The position numbers and the translations under genes were made by a program. A stretch of DNA of 59,003 bases, filler included. It is 6 parts of 6 records of this genome, joined end to end, with 100 filler letters (N's around TTAATTAATTAA, not from the genome) between each part and the next. Parts side by side here need not be neighbours in the genome. Positions count along the whole stretch, not along the records: positions 1 to 28,034 come from SRR31156797_28698; 5 more parts are not named here. One strand, 5' to 3'. Each line of letters opens with the position of its first letter. Positions within the stretch are counted from its first letter, which is position 1. This document shows, one piece after another, positions 9,923 through 18,406 of the stretch. Under the pieces are notes generated by a model. The model was given only the letters and a program-made list of their open reading frames with translations, did no database searches and was not told the DNA's origin.

Positions 9923-11391
9923 TTTCCCTGTGTCCTCCTGATGGCCTGAAACATGGCGCCGGCCTTGTTGAGGGTTTCCCGGTATTCATTTTCCGGGTCG
10001 GAGTCCGCCACAATGCCGGCGCCCACCTGAAAAGACAATCGGCCATTGTGAAGGGTCATGGTGCGGATGGTGATGCAAAAGTCCATGTTCCCATTAAACC
10101 CGAAGTACCCCACGGCCCCCGCGTACGGCCCTCTGGGAGAGGGTTCCAGTTCATGGATGATTTCCATGGCCCGAATCTTGGGAGCGCCTGAAACCGTTCC
10201 CGCCGGAAATGATGCCATGAAGAGATCAAAGGCGTCTTTTAGAGGATTCAGATCCGCCTCCACCCGGCTTACAAGATGCATCACATGGGAGTAACGTTCC
10301 ACCTCCATTAATCTGGGAACCGTAACCGTCCCGGGTGAGGCCACCTTCCCCGCGTCATTTCTGCCCAGATCCACCAGCATGATATGTTCGGCCCTCTCCT
10401 TGGGATCCGCCAACAGTTCCTTTTCGAGGCGCTGATCCGTTTCTTCGTCCCTTCCCCTGGGGCGCGTGCCGGCGATGGGACGCAGTTCGATTCGGCCGTC
10501 CGTCAAGCGCACCAGAATTTCGGGGGAAGCCCCGATAAGCCTGGTTTTCCCGAAATTGAGATAAAACATGTAGGGAGACGGGTTGATGCTTCTGAGATTT
10601 CGATAAAGGGCAAAATCATCCCCTGAGACGGTCCCTTCGAATCGTTGGGATAAAACCACCTGGATGGCATCTCCCGCGGCAATATATTCCTTGGCCTGTG
10701 CCACGGCCGCCATAAACGGCTCTTTTTTTACATTGGACGTAAGCTCGGAGACACGGATGCTTTTTTCCCCCATGATGGTGGGAACAGGCGCTCTGAGTTC
10801 GGAAATGGTTTCATTCACTGCATGGCATGCCTGGATGTAGGCGTCTTCCGGATCCGTGTTTTCCGACAGGTGCGCATGGGCCGCCACCGTGATCTTATGG
10901 GTCAGATGGTCAAAGATGATGAGCCTTCGGGATGCGGTGAAGATGCACTCCGGCATGTTCTCATCCGGACAATTCCCCGGAACCGGCTCCCAGGTGCGGA
11001 TCAGGTCATAGTTGAAAAATCCCACGAGCCCCCCCTGAAACGGGGGAAGCTCTTTCGATGTCACCGAACGGTATTGTGAGGCCAGGTCCCTCAAAACCGC
11101 CAGGGGATTATCAACCCGGTTGAGGGTTTCGGTTTTCCCATCCCTTGAAATCTCCATTTGTCGGTTTTTGAAACGGGCCACCAGCCGGGGCTTATATCCG
11201 ATAAAACTGTATCGTCCCCAACTGGTGCCCCCATCCGCGCTTTCCAGGAGGTAGGAGAAGGCCTTGTCCTTAATTTTCAGATACGCTGAAACCGGGGTTT
11301 CCGTATCCGCGAGGAATTCTCCATACACCGGTATCAGGTTGCCTTGGGTGGCCAATTTTTTGAACTGTGAGGAAGAAGGTCGTATTTCCAA
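9919..11391 (-). CDS. trpE: Anthranilate synthase component I
   Basis: LLES, NPSPYM, PIAGTR, AEHIMLVDLGRND, GAPKIRAM; TTG start at 11391 preceded by AGGAG. Confidence 0.95.
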   Translation of the reverse strand: MEIRPSSSQFKKLATQGNLIPVYGEFLADTETPVSAYLKIKDKAFSYLLESADGGTSWGRYSFIGYKPRLVARFKNRQMEISRDGKTETLNRVDNPLAVLRDLASQYRSVTSKELPPFQGGLVGFFNYDLIRTWEPVPGNCPDENMPECIFTASRRLIIFDHLTHKITVAAHAHLSENTDPEDAYIQACHAVNETISELRAPVPTIMGEKSIRVSELTSNVKKEPFMAAVAQAKEYIAAGDAIQVVLSQRFEGTVSGDDFALYRNLRSINPSPYMFYLNFGKTRLIGASPEILVRLTDGRIELRPIAGTRPRGRDEETDQRLEKELLADPKERAEHIMLVDLGRNDAGKVASPGTVTVPRLMEVERYSHVMHLVSRVEADLNPLKDAFDLFMASFPAGTVSGAPKIRAMEIIHELEPSPRGPYAGAVGYFGFNGNMDFCITIRTMTLHNGRLSFQVGAGIVADSDPENEYRETLNKAGAMFQAIRRTQGK

Positions 11392-11409
11392 AATGTGTAC
11401 TCCTAAAAG

Positions 11410-11448
11410 AAAAAAAGGGCCGTGGGGAGTTTGCCCCACGGCCCTTTT
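11410..11448 (-). terminator. Intrinsic terminator 2 of the trp leader (promoter-distal)
   Basis: mRNA AAAAGGGCCGUGGGG-CAAACU-CCCCACGGCCC-U7. Confidence 0.9.
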
Positions 11449-11463
11449 GACGAATGCATATAT

Positions 11464-11503
11464 AAAAAAACCGTGAAGCCCTTGATGAAGCGCGCCACGG
11501 TTT
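11464..11503 (-). terminator. Intrinsic terminator 1 (3:4 hairpin) of the trp attenuator
   Basis: mRNA AAACCGUG...CACGG-U7. Confidence 0.75.
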
Positions 11504-11530
11504 GTTTATTTCAGTCTTTTGCTGCTGGTT

Positions 11531-11623
11531 CTAGATCCGGTCGGCACACCCCCTCTGTATGAAGCTGCGCCACCACCAGTTTCTTAAAACAATCATCATA
11601 TTTTTTTGCTCGCGTGTTTCCAT
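11531..11623 (-). CDS. trpL: trp operon leader peptide METREQKNMMIVLRNWWWRSFIQRGCADRI
   Basis: Three consecutive TGG codons (11570-11578) upstream of terminator hairpins and trpE; too short for the ORF track; translation may instead start at the internal Met codons. Confidence 0.9.
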   Translation of the reverse strand: METREQKNMMIVLRNWWWRSFIQRGCADRI

Positions 11624-11633
11624 ATGGTTATAG

Positions 11634-11662
11634 CTTTTAATCTTTTTAAAATAGAATGTCAA
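11634..11662 (-). promoter_or_regulatory. Putative sigma70 promoter of the trp operon
   Basis: Perfect TTGACA (11657-11662), 17 nt spacer, weak -10 TAAAAG just upstream of trpL. Confidence 0.5.
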
Positions 11663-11688
11663 GATATTTTTTTTCAGCCATGAGGTGT

Positions 11689-12939
11689 TTATTCATAGAT
11701 CTTTTCATCCACGGCAAAGGCTTCCGGTGCATCGGCCTCATGGTCCCGCTCTTTGTCGGTGGTCTTCCTTTTAAGGCGTTCCCGGTACCATTCATGGGCG
11801 ATGATCATGCTCATCACTTCGCTGGAGCCGGTCCAGATGGAAGCGAGCCGGATGTCCCGGTAGATCCTTTCAATGGGGAAAATGTTGGTGTACCCGATGC
11901 CGCCCATCACCTGCATGGCATTGTGAACCGTCTTCTGACATGATTCGGTGATGAACTTCTTTGACTCGGAGACCATCCTGCGGATCCGGTTCATGTCAAT
12001 GTTCGAATCCACGGCCCGGGCCGTGGCATATCCCAGGGAGCGGGCCGCGTCCAGAAGGGTTGCGGCTTCGGCCACCTGAAAGCTCACCCCCTGGAAATTG
12101 TGGATGGTGGTCCCGAAGGCCTTTCGCCGGGATGTGTATTTGGTGGCCACATCCAGGGCCACCCGGGCCGATCCGATGGCCATGACCGAAGACCCCAGCC
12201 GCTCGGGTATCATCATGGTGTTGAAAACGTCGTAGGCCCCATTTTTTCTGCCCACCATATTTTCCCTCGGCACTTTCACATCCTTAAAAACCAGGCGGGC
12301 CGTGCCACCACCCCGACACCCCATGAGACCGTAGAGGTATCGGGTTTCCACCCCAAGGCTTCGATCCACGATGAAGGCCGTCAGGGAATCCTGGGGCCTA
12401 CTTTCCGAATTGAAGTCCGTACGGGCATACACAAGGAAATAGTCAGCCCCTTCGCCTCCCACGATAAACCGCTTCTGGCCGTTTAGAAGGAAATAGTCCC
12501 CTTTGTCTTCCGCTTTTGTGGTGGCGCCGAAGAAATCCGATCCCCCGCGGGGTTCGGTCAGGCATTCGGCGGCAAAGATTTCCCCTTTCAGCAGGGGTTT
12601 GACATATTTTTCCTTCTGTGTGGTGGTACCGTGTTGAATGATGGCGTCACAGACCAGTTCCGCGCCGACACCGAAGACGCAGGCAAATTCGTATCCCAGG
12701 GTGCCGATTTCTTCCAGGATGGCGCAGGTGGTAACCCAGTCCATTTCCCTGCCGCCCCATTTACGAGGATAACGGCAACCCAGAAGATTCCGTCTCCCCG
12801 CCTCTTTCAGAAATGCCTTGGGGAATTTGATCCGGTCCGCATCCATGTCGAGGATCATCTCCCGAGGTATCCCGTTTACAAAGTCGCGTACTTCTTCGAG
12901 GCATTTTTTCTGTGATTCGTCAAGCAGGTAATCAAACAT
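11689..12939 (-). CDS. Acyl-CoA dehydrogenase family protein
   Basis: CLTEPRGGSD, LNGQKRFI, RKAFG, QVMGGIGY, ERIYRD. Confidence 0.92.
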   Translation of the reverse strand: MFDYLLDESQKKCLEEVRDFVNGIPREMILDMDADRIKFPKAFLKEAGRRNLLGCRYPRKWGGREMDWVTTCAILEEIGTLGYEFACVFGVGAELVCDAIIQHGTTTQKEKYVKPLLKGEIFAAECLTEPRGGSDFFGATTKAEDKGDYFLLNGQKRFIVGGEGADYFLVYARTDFNSESRPQDSLTAFIVDRSLGVETRYLYGLMGCRGGGTARLVFKDVKVPRENMVGRKNGAYDVFNTMMIPERLGSSVMAIGSARVALDVATKYTSRRKAFGTTIHNFQGVSFQVAEAATLLDAARSLGYATARAVDSNIDMNRIRRMVSESKKFITESCQKTVHNAMQVMGGIGYTNIFPIERIYRDIRLASIWTGSSEVMSMIIAHEWYRERLKRKTTDKERDHEADAPEAFAVDEKIYE

Positions 12940-13125
12940 GGGGCCTCCTGTAATTTGGATTATATGGACAATCTCAATGTTTTGGGCTTTTTTTCAATGA
13001 AAATTCATATATTATCCTATAATAAAAGGAGAGCCAAGTCGATTATCAACCTTGACAATTTGGCGATTGCCCTCCAGATTGAGAGGGTGATCGGGTTGAA
13101 ATGGCGGTTCCTGGGGGAGAAAGAA

Positions 13126-14832
13126 ATGGCAATGGCATCTCAAAACATGAAAGGCCGGTTTGGAAAACCATGGTGGGTAATGTGCATTGTTATGGCCCTA
13201 ATGCCATCTTTATGTTTTTCAGAAAATGATATGGCAAATCGTCTTGAATCCTTATCAGAGAGTTCAAAGTTGATGGATCCCCAGTCGGTTTTGTCCGAAT
13301 TTTCAGAGGGAAAGTCCACAAGCCGCATCATTGTAAATCTGGTTCGTCCCGCCCAAATAAGTACACCCATGAATTTGCGAAATGGAAAAATACGAAAACA
13401 GGTGGCAGCCGATGTGAGCAGTGCGGTGGATCGACTCATGGCGGGTATAAACGCACAAGAGATGACCCTCACCAACCGCTTTAAATATGTTTACGGTTTT
13501 TCGGCACAAGTGACGCTGCAAGGTCTCCAAGCACTCGTCAACAATGGGGACGTTTTATCCATAGAAAAGGACTTCATTGTTTATCCCAACCTGGCCCAGG
13601 GTATTCCGTTGATGAATGCCGTAACGGCTAGAACCTCTTTCAGCGGGAGTGGGTTGTCCGTGGCCATTTGCGATACCGGCATTGATTATACCCATCCCCG
13701 TTTGGGTGGGGGCGGGTTCCCCAATTCAAAAGTGATTGGTGGATACGATTGCGGAGAAAACAAAAGCGACCCCATGGATGGAAATGGACATGGTACAGCC
13801 TGCGCCGGGATCGTCGCCGGTGATCTCGGCACTGTGGGAGATTATATCGGCGGTGTGGCCCATGACGCCAGGCTTTATGCTTTGAAAATAACCAATACCG
13901 CTATCGGGGGGAGCGCCTATACGTCTGATATGATTGAAGCCTGGGAATGGTGCGTTACCCATCAGAACGATGATCCCGACAATCCCATCATGATTATCAG
14001 TACCAGTTTTGGAGGGGGGAGGTATTACAGCGCCTGTGACAGTTTGTCCATCGCCATGACCGCCACAGCCGCCAATGCCGTATCGGTGGGCATGACGCTT
14101 TTTGTTTCTTCGGGGAACGACGGTTACTGTGATTCCATGGGTTGGCCGGCGTGCATTTCCCATGTGGTCTCAGTGGGGGCGGTCTATGACGCCAGATTTA
14201 CCACATCATCCATCGGCTGGTGTGTCGATTCCGGTTCCTGCGCCGTCAAGAACCCCACATGGGGGTGTTCTACCCTTTGGTATTCGTCCCAGCAAGCGGA
14301 GGCCGACCGGGTGATCGTTTACTCCAACACCGCCTCTTTCCTGGGCCTTCTGGCGCCTTCCAACTGGGCCACGACCACCCAGTTGGGGGGCGGCTATTAT
14401 AACGCCGCTTACGGATTTGGGGGTACTTCCGCGGCATGCCCCTATGCCGCCGGGGCCGCGGCTTGTCTGCAAAGCGCCAGCAAAACCCTCAACGGAAGTT
14501 TCCTTTCACCGAGTGATCTTAAATCCAAGCTGGTCCATAGTGGAGATCCCGTAATGGACACGAAAGTGGCCATCTCTAAACCGAGGGTAAACTTGGGGGC
14601 TGCAGTGGCGTTGCTGGCAACCTGTCCCGATTGTCCGGCTGACGGTGTGATTACCCATGTCACCTATCCCGCCGGCACCAATTGTTCGTGTAGCAACGCA
14701 ACATCATTGACCCTCGGTCAGAATACCACTGTGGAAAACGGCGCCACCGTTACCTTCACAGCACCTTACGTGAAAGTGGAACCCGGTTTTCATGCGGAAA
14801 ACGGCGCCACCGTCACCATACGGCAACCGTGA
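13126..14832 (+). CDS. Secreted S8 (subtilisin-like) serine peptidase with propeptide and short beta-rich C-terminal tail
   Basis: Triad motifs AICDTG, GHGTAC, GGTSAACP; SSGND oxyanion; signal peptide; start after GGGGAG RBS. Confidence 0.9.
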   Translation: MAMASQNMKGRFGKPWWVMCIVMALMPSLCFSENDMANRLESLSESSKLMDPQSVLSEFSEGKSTSRIIVNLVRPAQISTPMNLRNGKIRKQVAADVSSAVDRLMAGINAQEMTLTNRFKYVYGFSAQVTLQGLQALVNNGDVLSIEKDFIVYPNLAQGIPLMNAVTARTSFSGSGLSVAICDTGIDYTHPRLGGGGFPNSKVIGGYDCGENKSDPMDGNGHGTACAGIVAGDLGTVGDYIGGVAHDARLYALKITNTAIGGSAYTSDMIEAWEWCVTHQNDDPDNPIMIISTSFGGGRYYSACDSLSIAMTATAANAVSVGMTLFVSSGNDGYCDSMGWPACISHVVSVGAVYDARFTTSSIGWCVDSGSCAVKNPTWGCSTLWYSSQQAEADRVIVYSNTASFLGLLAPSNWATTTQLGGGYYNAAYGFGGTSAACPYAAGAAACLQSASKTLNGSFLSPSDLKSKLVHSGDPVMDTKVAISKPRVNLGAAVALLATCPDCPADGVITHVTYPAGTNCSCSNATSLTLGQNTTVENGATVTFTAPYVKVEPGFHAENGATVTIRQP

Positions 14833-14846
14833 GAGATAACCGGCTT

Positions 14847-15218
14847 TTACGAATCCGGCATGAAACTGGGGGCCATGCTTTTTTCGAACTCTGCATCGGA
14901 CAGGGTTGTGATCCGGTGATGAAGATGTCGAAAATGGACCAGCAGGTTTAGTGCGAAGGGCGTCAGCTGGGATCCTCCCCCGGTACGCCCCCCGATGTTT
15001 CGGACCAGCAGGGGTCGGTTGAGGCGCTCTTCCGTTGCTTTGATCCTGCCCCAGATCGCTCGGTAACTCATTTTCAATTCTTTGGCGGCGCCTTGGATGG
15101 AACCCAGGCGATCTACGGCATCAAGGATTTTCAGCCTGCCAAGACCGAACACCACATTTCCCGATTCATCCTCAATCCAGATTTTTGATCGAATATGGAA
15201 TGATTCTCTTTGTTGCAT
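14847..15218 (-). CDS. Stand-alone ModE-type winged-helix transcriptional regulator (no molybdate-binding domain)
   Basis: SKIWIE...FGLGRLKILDAVDRLGSIQGAAKELKMSYRAIW...GGGSQLT. Confidence 0.85.
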   Translation of the reverse strand: MQQRESFHIRSKIWIEDESGNVVFGLGRLKILDAVDRLGSIQGAAKELKMSYRAIWGRIKATEERLNRPLLVRNIGGRTGGGSQLTPFALNLLVHFRHLHHRITTLSDAEFEKSMAPSFMPDS

Positions 15219-15283
15219 GATGGTTTTTTAGCACATGTGATGAAATGCTGCAACTGGAAACAGACCATGGTAACGGCTTTTGT

Positions 15284-15301
15284 TATGTCCGGCTTGACAT
15301 A
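15284..15301. promoter_or_regulatory. Palindromic operator 1, TATGTC-N6-GACATA
   Basis: tatgtc-cggctt-gacata; overlaps a TTGACA -35 box. Confidence 0.7.
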
Positions 15302-15322
15302 GCAAAGCGGTTTTGATATAGC
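15294..15322 (+). promoter_or_regulatory. Putative sigma70 promoter for the formate dehydrogenase gene
   Basis: TTGACA-17nt-TATAGC with an extended TGn. Confidence 0.55.
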
Positions 15323-15456
15323 CGTTCAAAACGGAACCCCCTAAGCTGGTTCATGGGAAAAAAGGCCTTAAAGTATAAAAAAGCTTTATATTATTGAAAT
15401 GTAGTTCTTGGTAGGCCTCAAAGTGAAACAAAGATAGGCAATGGTTTGCATTTCAA

Positions 15457-15474
15457 TATGTCCAATATGACATA
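15457..15474. promoter_or_regulatory. Palindromic operator 2, TATGTC-N6-GACATA
   Basis: tatgtc-caatat-gacata; same half-sites and spacing as operator 1. Confidence 0.7.
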
Positions 15475-15531
15475 GCGAATGTTTTTTTGGCAGGGGGCCG
15501 TTCAACTAATTTCAATGGAAGAGGGATTTTT

Positions 15532-17580
15532 ATGGACTACGAATTTGTAAAAACCACATGCCCGTTCTGCGGCTGCGGATGCCAGATGCTATTGGAGGTG
15601 ATGGATGGAGAACTGGTCCGCACCATCCCCTTCAAGGGCGCGCAAATGAATCAGGGCAAGCTTTGCATTAAGGGCTGGAATGCTCATGAATTTGTTCACA
15701 GTGCTGATCGTCTTACTTCTCCGTTGGTTCGTAAAAATGGCAAATTGCAGGAGACTTCATGGGAAGAGGCCATGGAGGTCGTTGTGTCCAATCTTTCGTC
15801 CATTCGGGAACGACACGGCGGGAACAGTCTTGCTTTTTTAAGTTCGGCCCGTTGCAGCAATGAAGAGAACTATTTGCTGCAAAAACTTTGTCGGGCGGGG
15901 TTCGGAACGAACAATGTTGACCATTGTGCAAGGCTCTGACATGCCCCCACGGTGGCAGGTCTTGCCGCAGCTTTTGGAAGTGGCGCCATGACGAACTCTA
16001 TCCCCGAGATTCAAGATGCGGATTGCGTGTTCGTGATCGGTTCCAACACCACCGAGGCCCATCCTCTTATCGCCCATCGCGTTTTTCGGGCCAAACAGAA
16101 AGGGGCAAAGCTGATCGTTGTCGATCCTCGCAAAATTCAGCTTACCCTATTCGCCGACATTCATGTGAGGATCAAATACGGGACGGATGTGGTTTTTTTA
16201 AACGGCGTCATGAACGAGATTCTGAAAAATAACTGGCACAACGGCGAATTTATCCGGGACCGAACCGAAGGTTTTGAAACCTTCAGGGAGGCCGTTTTGG
16301 GATATCCGGTGGAGAAGGCTTCACGCATTTGCGGCGTGCCCGCGGATGTTATGCGGGAAGTGGCCAGTGCCTACGCCACCTCCCCGGTTTCCACCATTTT
16401 GTATACCCTTGGGATCACGGAGCACTCCCACGGGGTGGACAACGTAAAATCCCTGGCCAACCTGGCCATGCTAACCGGCCACATCGGAAAACCCTCCAGC
16501 GGTGTAAATCCCCTTCGGGGTCAGAACAATGTTCAGGGCGCCTGCGACATGGGCGCATTGCCCAATGTATATCCGGGTTACCAGGTGGTTACCGACCCGG
16601 CCAACAGGGATAAATTTCAGGCGGCATGGGGCGCCAAGCTGTCACTGGAAGTGGGCAAAATGATCCCTGAAATGATGGATGGGCTCATTGATGGGTCACT
16701 CAAGGGCATGTACATTTTTGGCGAAAATTCCGTAGAGAGCGATCCTAATATCCATCATGTTCGAAAGGCTCTTTCGTCTGCCGAATTCCTGGTGGTCCAG
16801 GATATTTTCCTCACCCAGACCGCTCAGATGGCCCATGTGGTGTTGCCGGGCGCGGTCTGGGCCGAGGTGGAAGGCACCTTTACCAATACGGAGCGGAAAG
16901 TTCAGCGAATCCGAAAAGCAGTGGAACCGCCCGGTCAGGCCAGACCCAACTGGCAAATACTGTCGGAAATCGGGCGCCGCATGGGGCTGGAGAACAATTC
17001 CTATTCTTCCGCGAGGGAGGTCTTTGAGGAAATGTCCTCCCTGACCCCCAGTTTTGCGGGCATTACTTATGACCGCATTGACGACACGGATATTCAGTGG
17101 CCGTGTCCCACCGAGGACCATCCCGGAACACGGTTTCTCCACCAAAATGGATTTGCCAGGGGAAAGGGGTTGTTCCATGCCATCCAATACCGGCCCTCCG
17201 AAGAACTACCGGATGATGAATACCCCTATATCCTGACAACAGGGAGACGATATGCGCACTATCATACCCGCACCATGACCGGTAGATGTACTTCTCTAGA
17301 CCGTGAATTTCCCGGTCCCATGGCGCAAATGCATCGGTGCGACGCTGAACGGCTGGGGGTGGAAAACGGTGGTTCCGTCAAGGTGACCTCCCGGCGGGGG
17401 GAGGTGGTGACCCCGGTTGCAATCGGAGATATTGTGCCGGAGGGTTCCATCTTTATGGATTTTCATTTTGAGCAGGCCAATCCCAACTGGCTGCTCGGCA
17501 CCTCCCTGGATCCCATATCCAAAACGCCCGATTATAAGGTCTGTGCGGTAAAACTGGAGAAGCATGTTGTATCGGGTTAA
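15532..17580 (+). CDS. fdhF: Selenocysteine-containing formate dehydrogenase alpha subunit (FdhF-like); UGA at 15937-15939 read as Sec
   Basis: The two track ORFs are in frame across a single TGA in NVDHCARL-U-HAPTVAGL; CPFCGCGC 4Fe-4S motif, LRGQNNVQG; SECIS follows the TGA. Confidence 0.93.
15940..15968 (+). other. Bacterial SECIS element
   Basis: UGA + 11 nt (CAUGCCCCCAC) + GGUGGCAGGUCUUGCCGC stem-loop with a GU-containing apex, matching the E. coli fdhF SECIS layout. Confidence 0.8.
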
Positions 17581-17608
17581 CGAAAAATTGAGATAAGGCG
17601 GAAATAAC

Positions 17609-18336
17609 ATGTATCAGAATGTTGCGTCGGACACATTGGTTGAACACCGGGATGCCATCCTCAACTTCAACCATATATTGGAAGAAAAGGCCGCACTGCA
17701 CCACTTGAATGAAGCGGCTCTGGTCACATTATTGAACCGCCTGGAGGAAACTTCCCTTTATCACGGCAATCTCTACTGGCTGTCCCTCGCCCGTATCAAT
17801 GAGCTTGCCGTAATCGCCGCCGGAAACTACGCCGAGAGTTGTGAGTTTTCGCTGGTAGGGGATCTGCTTCTGAATCCGAGGCTGATCCTGATCCATGTGC
17901 GGGGACGCGGACAACCCATTGTCAAGGAACGACACACCGCCCTCACGGAACAGTTCAGCCATACGGCTACGACACGGGGGGGGTGGTTCAGTGGTTGAAA
18001 AACCATACCATTGTCGAAACCAGAACCGAAGCCCTGCTGCCCCATCTCCTGGGTCGTTTGAGAAATTCCGGTCTCTTCCGCAAATCGTATTTGGCCGCCG
18101 TTGAGTCCAGGGAGAAGCGGGTTGCGGATTTGTCCGCCTATTTGGCTTGTCAGCATTTCGAGAACCGGACCACCTTTACAAGATGGTTGCAAAACGCAAG
18201 CCCCGCGGATAGAAATCTCATGAAATCCAGACTTTGCTCATTTGATTTCAGCTTATTTAATCGGTTGGGAGAACATATAAAACGGATAGCCAATGATGCC
18301 ACTTATGAAAGTATCTTTCTCAAAAAAATAAATTGA
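17609..18336 (+). pseudogene. Hypothetical protein (about 242 aa) split by a frameshift in a G8 tract (17976-17983)
   Basis: ORFs 17609-17998 and 17983-18336 join into one frame (...TTRGGVVQWLK...) if the tract is G9. Confidence 0.7.
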
Positions 18337-18406
18337 GACATTCAAAAACAAACGGAAAGTCCATGTCATTTGACTGAAATCATCCCTTTTGTAAACGAGA
18401 CCGAAA

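Noticed and set aside
15436-15450. Sigma54-like GGCA...TTGCA upstream of fdh
   Set aside because: GG to GC spacing is 9 nt instead of the required 10
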